Part shown: piece by piece, positions 57,156 to 64,000 of the stretch | How the letters are laid out: each line of letters begins with the position of its first letter | Numbering within the stretch: the first letter of the stretch is position 1 | Source of the DNA: an uncultured bacterium | Lineage (GTDB): Bacteria > UBP7 > UBA6624 | DNA: 64,000 bases | Reading direction: 5' to 3' | Assembly (NCBI GenBank): GCA_964012435.1 | Contig: CAXGSM010000001.1 | Coordinates: forward strand, 32,001 to 96,000 | Notes under the pieces: model-generated | Database searches by the model: none | What the model was told of the DNA's origin: nothing | What the model saw: the letters and a program-made list of their open reading frames with translations, nothing else | Program-made: the position numbers and the translations under genes

Positions 57156-57943
57156 TTGAATATTAATGAAGGTTTCTTTGACCACAATTCGCAATCTGTA
57201 AGAATCATTGGAGGGTCGTTTACGACTACAGTATGCTCATAGTGAGCCGTTAAAGAGTGGTCTTGAGTCACAACAGTCCATCCATCAGATTTTGTGTATG
57301 TTTTTGTGTTTCCTTGTGATGCCATTATTTCTATTGCTATGCATTGGTTGCTGGATAACGTCTCTCCTGTTCCTTTTGTTCCAAAATTTGGAATAAGAGG
57401 CTCTCCATGTAGTATTGTCCCTATGCCATGTCCAAAAAGTTCTGTGCTGGGGTTATAGCCTTCTTTCAAGAGTACTTCTTGTGTAGCGAAGCCTATATCG
57501 CCAGTTTTCTTTCCAGGTTTTGCTTGTTCTATTGATTTGTAGAGTGAATTCCATACACAGTCCAAAAAATCCATGTTTTTTTGAGATATTTGACCAACTG
57601 GATATGTGTATGCAGAATCAGAGTACATTTTTTCGAAAATGACTCCAAAATCAACTGTAACAATGTCACCCTCAAGAAGTATTCTGTCTGAAGGAAAGCC
57701 ATGCACAAAATCCTCATTAACGCTTATGCATGTAGCAAACGGATAATTGTTATAGCCTTGGAAAGCAGGTTTTGAGTTTCTTTCTTTTATCTCTGCTAAA
57801 ACCATGTTTTCAATTTCTATCGTTCTTACTCCAGGTTTTACGAATTGCTTTAATGCAAGCAGCACCTCTCCGGTTATCCTCGCGCTTTCTTTTGATCTCT
57901 TGAGTGAGCTTTTGTCAAGTATTTGTGTGTTTGATCTATTCAT
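57152..57943 (-). CDS. map: Methionine aminopeptidase type I
   Basis: CISVNE..VHG.P, GDIV.VD.G, GHGIG..LH, HYEHT. Confidence 0.95.
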   Translation of the reverse strand: MNRSNTQILDKSSLKRSKESARITGEVLLALKQFVKPGVRTIEIENMVLAEIKERNSKPAFQGYNNYPFATCISVNEDFVHGFPSDRILLEGDIVTVDFGVIFEKMYSDSAYTYPVGQISQKNMDFLDCVWNSLYKSIEQAKPGKKTGDIGFATQEVLLKEGYNPSTELFGHGIGTILHGEPLIPNFGTKGTGETLSSNQCIAIEIMASQGNTKTYTKSDGWTVVTQDHSLTAHYEHTVVVNDPPMILTDCELWSKKPSLIFK

Positions 57944-58694
57944 AATTTTTAATCTCGCTAAATTTTATCAATTTTATTGATTGATTTTCTTTAAAAAACA
58001 TTTTTAATTTTTCGTTTACAAGTGTGGATAATTCAATTTCCCTTTGCCATGAATACTGACAACCTTCTATAACTTTTTTATTTATCGATCCAGGCCTACA
58101 TGGCATGTCTGTGATGCCGTTTTTTAAATTTTTTAAAATTTTTAGAAAACCTGGGAGTGTAATGGACGGCTCTTCATAGAAGTCTTCAGAAAAATGATCA
58201 GCTGTTTTAATGTTTTTTGCCTTTGCTGCATCTTTCTGCCAGCGAAAAAGAGTCCTAATTGGAATTTTTTCTAATTCTGCAATCTCTAAAGCAATTTTGA
58301 AAATTTTTGGATTATTTTCCATTTCATCTGAACAACAAATCCACCTGGGCTCAAATGACTCTTTGGCTTTTTTTACTTGAGTGTGAAATTCTCTTTCAAC
58401 TTCTTTTGTTTTGGCATTCAGCATCAAATCTCTTCCACTTTTTAAAAAATTACCTTGATTGTCAACAAGTGAGTTGATCCCATTTTTTGAAATTGGTTTT
58501 CCTTTTGTTGCATTTAGCTGAATGCCTAATTCAGTTTTTGTTCTTCGCAAGGCTTTTAAGAATTTTGATTTTTTAGTTGTGTTTACTATTGCTACGTTTT
58601 TGAGAACCCCTTCCCTGCAAGCTCTTGTTATACCTTTGTCAACAGCTTCAAACAATCCAAAATCATTTGCTGCAAGGATTAACTTTTTACTCAT
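57936..58694 (-). CDS. ChbG/YdjC family protein with a degenerate active site
   Basis: LIL.ANDFG...VD.GI, LG.QLN.T.GKP, SLVD..G.F, EVE.E...Q, C.PG, R..EL..L. Confidence 0.75.
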   Translation of the reverse strand: MSKKLILAANDFGLFEAVDKGITRACREGVLKNVAIVNTTKKSKFLKALRRTKTELGIQLNATKGKPISKNGINSLVDNQGNFLKSGRDLMLNAKTKEVEREFHTQVKKAKESFEPRWICCSDEMENNPKIFKIALEIAELEKIPIRTLFRWQKDAAKAKNIKTADHFSEDFYEEPSITLPGFLKILKNLKNGITDMPCRPGSINKKVIEGCQYSWQREIELSTLVNEKLKMFFKENQSIKLIKFSEIKNYE

Positions 58695-59904
58695 TAACTG
58701 TTTGGATGTTTTTGTTCCACCATTCCTCTGGAAATTTCCATATTATTCCAGATTTAGAAAATTGAATAATTGATTCATTTGGATAAAAAATAATATCAAG
58801 TTCAAGATTGTTTTTGCTGCATTTAACCTCTAAAGATTCTTCCTTTGTTAAGCTTGTTACATTAGCTGGTTTTGCATCTTTTGGCCAAGCTCCAGAAAGT
58901 ATTTCAACCCATTCTTTCCGACTTTCTGAAGAGATTGATTTTTTATTTTTTGTAAAATCACATTCTTCTGAATTTTCTATTTCTAGAAAAACTTCTCTAT
59001 AGATACTTTCGTTTGTTTTTAAAATTAAATCAGGCTTCCAATTTTTTTCCATATAGAAGCCACCAAAGGATTCACCCCAAGACGCCCAATAGCCTTCATA
59101 AGGGTTTAGCATTATCTCAAGAGGTTTTTCTTCATCGTATTTTTGTATTGATATCTTGACAGCGGGATCACTCAAAAAATCTCTGTAGTTAAGCTTTTCC
59201 CCCTCTGTCGTGCCTATTGTTTCGATAATTTGTTGAATTTTCTTTGTTGAAACAGGAAGATCTGCACTTAAATCCTGCCATTGATTGCCTTCTGTTCTTT
59301 TCAGGTCCCATAAAACTATTTTTTCAAAATCATTAAAACCTGGAATGTTTAGATGTTTCGTGTTTACATGAGCAGAAATGCTTTTTACTTCATCAGGTTT
59401 TATTTTTGTTAGCCTTTTATCGACCCATGATTCAACCTCACCGACAAAAGACTGGTAAAAAGAAAAATCGATAAGATGGATTTTTTCATCGTTTAAAAAT
59501 CTTAAATATGCTTTTTCAGACAACGCTGGAGACCCTATGTAAAAAATTGATTCTCTATAATTGGATCTGATCGTGATTTTCATTGCATTTGAGCTTAATC
59601 CATACTCCTCATAACTTTCAATTGCCTCAAAGGAGTCGAGTGCTTTTATTTTTTTGAGTGAGTTAAGCGCTGTGTTTAGTTTTATTTTTTCAGGGCTGTA
59701 CCCATTAGGGAAATTCAAGACCCATTTATCTGTATAGTTCATCAAGTGAACTTCTAAATCGTCTGATTGTTTTTCTATCAGTAGCTCCTGATGCTTTAAA
59801 TTGCTTATCCACTTGAAGGTGTTTGGTTTAGGCTTCATTAACTGAATTCCAACATAAGCAAGTATTGAAAATGTTAAAAATATTAAAAATTTATTATTTT
59901 TCAT
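58687..59904 (-). CDS. DUF4340-like membrane-anchored protein
   Basis: N-terminal TM, W.L..P, YGL, IG.......YLR; follows the GldAFG-like genes. Confidence 0.7.
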   Translation of the reverse strand: MKNNKFLIFLTFSILAYVGIQLMKPKPNTFKWISNLKHQELLIEKQSDDLEVHLMNYTDKWVLNFPNGYSPEKIKLNTALNSLKKIKALDSFEAIESYEEYGLSSNAMKITIRSNYRESIFYIGSPALSEKAYLRFLNDEKIHLIDFSFYQSFVGEVESWVDKRLTKIKPDEVKSISAHVNTKHLNIPGFNDFEKIVLWDLKRTEGNQWQDLSADLPVSTKKIQQIIETIGTTEGEKLNYRDFLSDPAVKISIQKYDEEKPLEIMLNPYEGYWASWGESFGGFYMEKNWKPDLILKTNESIYREVFLEIENSEECDFTKNKKSISSESRKEWVEILSGAWPKDAKPANVTSLTKEESLEVKCSKNNLELDIIFYPNESIIQFSKSGIIWKFPEEWWNKNIQTVNE

Positions 59905-61364
59905 TTTGATTTTCTTTTTATCTGAGTCACTATCACTTGTGATAAAACAGCAAGGATTAAACCGAGGTAAAGCATCACTACTTTTAGAATTTCTTGTTTA
60001 TTGATTGAAATTGGATTTAAATCTCTGCTTTTTGAAGGTACAGCTATCATTTTCTCTCTATCCGACAGCCAGTTAGCAATGTTTAATATGAAATTATTGC
60101 TAATTGGTAGTGCTTGTTGAATTATATTATCTGCTATGTCTGAATCTGAAACAATAACTCTTTTCTTGTTTTCTTTAATGTTTTCCTGAGCAAGGGCTAT
60201 AAGGAATGGTCCACGTGCTTCAAATTCATCCTTTTTTGCATTTTCATTTTCTTCAATCCAGGTTTGAATGCCGCTATATACTAAATTTGAATCTAGCCAT
60301 TTTGGACTTTTTGAAGTTATTGATTTAGCGGTTGAAAATAGCATAAATTCATTTATGTTTTCAACTATTGGATGAGAGGTTAAATTGTTTGGAGATGAAA
60401 GTATTATCAAGGGGTCAAAGTCTTCTTCAAATGAATCATTTATGTAGTTGTTGCTAATTTCTATTCCTTCTTTTTCAAGCCATTTTGAAAGAGAGCTTTC
60501 ATTAGGGCCTTCAAAAATTATTAAAAGGTTTTTAATTGTTGAAATTTTTTCTATTTCTGAATTTAAAAGATTTCCGCTGCCTCCAATAATTGCAACAATT
60601 TCACAATCAGTATCATTTTCTTCATAAAGATTTAATGTTTTTATTTTGTAAGCTCGATTAAGTAGTGAGTTTTTTATTGTTGTGATTCCCTCTTCTCCAT
60701 AAAGTTCTTTTTCCCCATGCCCTTGCACAAAGCATATTGTCTTCACATCTTTAGAAAAGCCATAAAGAGCATTAACTAAACCCTCTTCGTCATTAGTATT
60801 CATGATTATTTGTTTGCTGTCTTGAATTATGTATATTTGGTTTTTTCTAGCATTTAAGCTCAATGCTGCAGATGGCTCCCTGTCAGGATTTATGAATTTA
60901 TAAGTAATTAATTTATTTTCTTTATTTAATTGTTGAAACATGCTTTCAAGATTTGCTTTATCGGCAATTTGCTTTGTTGTCTTTTCATAAGGTTCATCAA
61001 AAAAAGCGAATATTTCTGTTTGTTCATTTATTTCTTTTGCTATTTTTTTCGTCTCGCCGGAAATTGATCTGATTTTATTTCTTGTTAGGTCAATTGGTTT
61101 AAGGTTTATTTTTGAGAGAATGAATAGTCCAGAAAATGCAAAAAGTGTCAATATTATTGAAGGCAAATGATCTTTCAAATTGTTTTTTTTCTTTATTGTC
61201 ATCTCTTTAATTGTTAATGAAAAAACAAATGTAAAAAAGGAAATTAAAACTTTAGGTTCTTCAAGGCTTCCTTCAGACATGCTGGTTATTGCAAAAAATA
61301 TTCCTGAAACAATTACAAAAAATGAAGTTGGTTTTATTTTTTTAATATTTTTTTTCACTTCCAA
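59901..61364 (-). CDS. GldG-like ABC transporter auxiliary component
   Basis: DLT.NK..SIS.ET, INPD.EP, F.QGHGEK, V.SDSD, N..NWL. Confidence 0.85.
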   Translation of the reverse strand: MEVKKNIKKIKPTSFFVIVSGIFFAITSMSEGSLEEPKVLISFFTFVFSLTIKEMTIKKKNNLKDHLPSIILTLFAFSGLFILSKINLKPIDLTRNKIRSISGETKKIAKEINEQTEIFAFFDEPYEKTTKQIADKANLESMFQQLNKENKLITYKFINPDREPSAALSLNARKNQIYIIQDSKQIIMNTNDEEGLVNALYGFSKDVKTICFVQGHGEKELYGEEGITTIKNSLLNRAYKIKTLNLYEENDTDCEIVAIIGGSGNLLNSEIEKISTIKNLLIIFEGPNESSLSKWLEKEGIEISNNYINDSFEEDFDPLIILSSPNNLTSHPIVENINEFMLFSTAKSITSKSPKWLDSNLVYSGIQTWIEENENAKKDEFEARGPFLIALAQENIKENKKRVIVSDSDIADNIIQQALPISNNFILNIANWLSDREKMIAVPSKSRDLNPISINKQEILKVVMLYLGLILAVLSQVIVTQIKRKSK

Positions 61365-62101
61365 CCTCTTAGTTCCATTATTTTTTTGGTTAAAAGAAAC
61401 CAGAATAGTCCAAACAGCACAAAATAAAAAACATTTTCAGGATGGATTATCCCCTCAGAAAAGTTAGCTAACTTTTTTTGAAAACCTAATTCCGCAAAAC
61501 CTTGAAGAAGTGCAGAGTTATTGGTGTTTGTGTTTTCTAGAAAGCCAATAAACCAAAAAGAAAGGAATACTGGAAACGATATCGAAAATGCAGCTGTGAG
61601 ATTGTCTGTAATTGAGGAAATAAATATTCCAAGCCCTGACAATGCAAAAGAAAGTAAAAGCAAACCTATTAAGCCGCTGAGGTAATGACCATAATCAATG
61701 ACTCCAAATTTACTTAACCAAATAATTCCTATTGTTGGAAATGACAAGATAGCAAAAATTAAAATTGTAGATGCTATAAGTTTTCCAAGAATTATGCTGG
61801 ATGTTTTGATCGGCTGCGCAAGAAGAAACTCAAGAGTGTTTTCTTTTCTTTCTAAGCATATCGTCGATATTGTTATGAATGGTGAGAACAGAACTCCAAG
61901 GAAACAGCAATCAAGAAGGAGAACGGTCATTGGGCCATCATTCCAATTTCCAGGTGTGGAAAAGGGGTCTGAATAATTCATGAGATTTAGTGTTAGAAAA
62001 TAACCTTGAATCAATAAAAGACCAATGAGTCCGATCCAGACACTCACCCCTTTGTTGTGGGCTTGCAGCTCTTTTATGATGATTTTTTTAATCACACTCA
62101 T
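61355..62101 (-). CDS. GldF-like ABC permease
   Basis: KEL, ERK.NTLEFLL.QP, ILGK, G.FISS.TDN, F..GII. Confidence 0.85.
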   Translation of the reverse strand: MSVIKKIIIKELQAHNKGVSVWIGLIGLLLIQGYFLTLNLMNYSDPFSTPGNWNDGPMTVLLLDCCFLGVLFSPFITISTICLERKENTLEFLLAQPIKTSSIILGKLIASTILIFAILSFPTIGIIWLSKFGVIDYGHYLSGLIGLLLLSFALSGLGIFISSITDNLTAAFSISFPVFLSFWFIGFLENTNTNNSALLQGFAELGFQKKLANFSEGIIHPENVFYFVLFGLFWFLLTKKIMELRGWK

Positions 62102-62796
62102 TTTTCTTTTATTGTTTCCAGGTAAATCTTTTTAAGATTTTTATCTTTTATGGTTGAGTCAAATTTAATCTTTCCATCAGACAGAATAAATGCTCTGGAG
62201 CATAATTGTTGAATTATCTCTAGCCTATGACTTGACATTACAAAAGAAGTACCTTCCTTGTCTTTGATGTCTTTGATGGTTTTTTCAAAATTTACAATTT
62301 GTTCAGGATCTAAACCAGTTGTTGGTTCATCTAAAAATACTATTTCAGGCTTGCCTATTAAAGACAAAGCCAATGCGACTCTTTGCCTGAAACCCCTGGA
62401 GAGAAACTTATTCAATCTGTTGGAAATTTTATCTATTTTCGTCAAGCTGACGACTCTTTCGTATTCTTTTTGAGGATTTTTTATTGAATGCAGATTAATA
62501 GCTAGAGATATTTGTTCATGAGGGTTCATATTAGAGTAAAGCGGTAGTCTTTCTGGCAAGTATCCAATTTTATTTTTAATTAGATAGCTGTATTCCGAAT
62601 AATCTTTGCCTTTAAATTGAACTTGACCGCTGTCCTGCTTAAGAAAGCCAGACAAAATTCTTAATGTGGTAGTTTTTCCTGCTCCATTTGGTCCAAGAAA
62701 GCCCACAATGCTACCTTTAGGAATTTTAAAATTTAAGTTATCAAGTATTTTTTTCCCTGAAAAACTTTTAGTTAAGTTGTTAACAGTTAGCAACAT
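62098..62796 (-). CDS. GldA-like ABC ATP-binding protein
   Basis: GFLGPNGAGKTTT, GYLPE, LSRGFRQRV, LDEPTTGLDP.QI. Confidence 0.92.
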   Translation of the reverse strand: MLLTVNNLTKSFSGKKILDNLNFKIPKGSIVGFLGPNGAGKTTTLRILSGFLKQDSGQVQFKGKDYSEYSYLIKNKIGYLPERLPLYSNMNPHEQISLAINLHSIKNPQKEYERVVSLTKIDKISNRLNKFLSRGFRQRVALALSLIGKPEIVFLDEPTTGLDPEQIVNFEKTIKDIKDKEGTSFVMSSHRLEIIQQLCSRAFILSDGKIKFDSTIKDKNLKKIYLETIKEK

Positions 62797-62856
62797 ACTG
62801 CTTATCTTAAAACTATTACTGATATTCCTGATTGAGAAATTAGAATATTTCTAGTC

Positions 62857-63678
62857 ATGTCAACAGTTCCGAAAATTAAAAATTTTCCAAAAGATGAAAA
62901 ACTAATTGCTTTGACAGCTTACGATAGGCCTTCTGCCATCTCTGCAGATAATGCTGGTGTGGATATTGTTCTAGTCGGCGACTCTCTTTCAAATGTTATT
63001 TTGGGCAACGAAAATACTACTTCAATAAGTATGAAGGAAATGACCTATCATGTAACTGCCGTTTCTAAATTTATTAAGAGTAGCTTGACTGTTGCTGATC
63101 TTCCTTTTGGTTCAGTTCAGTCTGGTTTGCAAACAGCTTCTGAACATGCATGTGAACTAATAAGATGTGGAGCAAATGCAATCAAGATTGAAGGTGGAGA
63201 AGAGATCTTGGAGCTTGTTGAACATCTAACAAAGCATGGGGTTCCTGTTATGGGCCATATAGGCTTGACGCCACAAAAAGTGGAGCAGCTTGGAGGTCAT
63301 TTGGTCCAAGGAAAAACATTGAAGGATTCAAAAAGAATTTATAAAGAAGCAAAGCTTTTAGAGGATGCAGGGATTTTTTCACTTGTTATGGAGTGTATCC
63401 CTCTGCAGCTAGCCAAAAAGATAACCTCTGATACAGATATTCCAACTATCGGCATAGGAAGTGGGCCTTTTTGCAATGGTCAAGTACTTGTATTTCATGA
63501 TTTAGTCGGATGGCATCATGGAAAGTTTAAATTTTTGAAAAAGCCTTTTGGCAATGTTACAAAAGAAATTAACAATGCATTAAGCTCTTATTCAGAATCT
63601 GTAAAAAAAGGCTCTTATCCGAGTATTGAAGAGTCTTGGTCAGTTGCAGATGAGCTGATTCAAGATCTTGAAGAATGA
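62857..63678 (+). CDS. panB: 3-methyl-2-oxobutanoate hydroxymethyltransferase
   Basis: LTAYD, LVGDSL, ADLPF, KIEGG, GHIGLTPQ, GIGSG, GQVLV.HD. Confidence 0.97.
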   Translation: MSTVPKIKNFPKDEKLIALTAYDRPSAISADNAGVDIVLVGDSLSNVILGNENTTSISMKEMTYHVTAVSKFIKSSLTVADLPFGSVQSGLQTASEHACELIRCGANAIKIEGGEEILELVEHLTKHGVPVMGHIGLTPQKVEQLGGHLVQGKTLKDSKRIYKEAKLLEDAGIFSLVMECIPLQLAKKITSDTDIPTIGIGSGPFCNGQVLVFHDLVGWHHGKFKFLKKPFGNVTKEINNALSSYSESVKKGSYPSIEESWSVADELIQDLEE

Positions 63679-64000
63679 AAAAGAAGATTTTTGTGCCCAC
63701 AATGGGATCATTGCATGAAGGGCATGCTTCATTGATAAAGGAAGCTTCAAAAATTGGTGATGTTACCGTTTCGGTGTTTGTTAATCCGACACAATTTGGA
63801 CCAAATGAAGATTTTGAAAGTTATCCAAGAAGTAAAGAGGATGATTTCGCTTATGCTATTTCTTCAGGTGCAAAAGATGTTTGGTTCCCTACTTCAGATG
63901 AAATTTATCCAAATGGCCCTTCAGCGAGTGAGGATTCTGGTGAGCTTGGATTGATTTTAGAGGGTTCTTTCAGGCCAGGTTTTTTTGATGGGGTTTTGAC
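63675..64000 (+). CDS. panC: Pantoate--beta-alanine ligase (partial, runs off the window)
   Basis: Translated by hand: MKKKIFVPTMGSLHEGHASL...SVFVNPTQFGPNEDFESYPR...LEGSFRPGFFDGV. Confidence 0.93.
   Translation, partial: MKKKIFVPTMGSLHEGHASLIKEASKIGDVTVSVFVNPTQFGPNEDFESYPRSKEDDFAYAISSGAKDVWFPTSDEIYPNGPSASEDSGELGLILEGSFRPGFFDGVL

Noticed and set aside
59901..62796. Gliding motility system
   Set aside because: GldAFG-like ABC modules with DUF4340 are widespread outside Bacteroidota, and no other gld/spr genes are present

Overview
An AT-rich, very tightly packed bacterial chromosome segment with about 66 CDS, many overlapping by 1-11 bp. It looks like a streamlined genome, but the lineage cannot be assigned from the sequence alone. 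In order, it holds: a cell-envelope cluster (CsaB-like, WecB/TagA, FtsX-like, M23 peptidase, CtpA); sdhCDAB; an ABC exporter; an old yellow enzyme; a tricorn-type S41 protease; a pseudouridine synthase, AddB/AddA and nagZ; a divergent HD-GYP regulator/histidine kinase pair; a 3D-domain protein; uvsE, Lrp and htrA; a methylmalonyl-CoA mutase catalytic subunit; a RocB-like protein; a wHTH regulator; purM-folP-proS-S9-thiSGE; a LarA-like protein; smpB and tmRNA; small membrane ORFans around rph; a XerCD dif-like site at 47498-47525 that probably marks the replication terminus; an HTH-PIN pair; an SSS transporter; Nudix, Vsr and Smr genes; NatAB; argS, ddl and map; a YdjC-like protein; a GldAFG/DUF4340 module; panB and a partial panC. 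No CRISPR array, integrase, transposase, rRNA or tRNA was seen. The most notable observations are: (1) the tricorn protease carries two inserted DUF4399-like domains and a perfect 27-bp repeat encoding a His-rich array; (2) several intact ORFs have lost their catalytic or metal-binding residues (RocB, LarA, YdjC, wHTH-NTase); (3) the dif site, with KOPS polarity and a nearby HTH-PIN pair; (4) widespread leaderless promoters; (5) three operator-like boxes spaced 30 bp apart; (6) a DUF3597-like repeat plus 3D-domain protein. All family assignments come from motifs recognised by eye, not from database searches.
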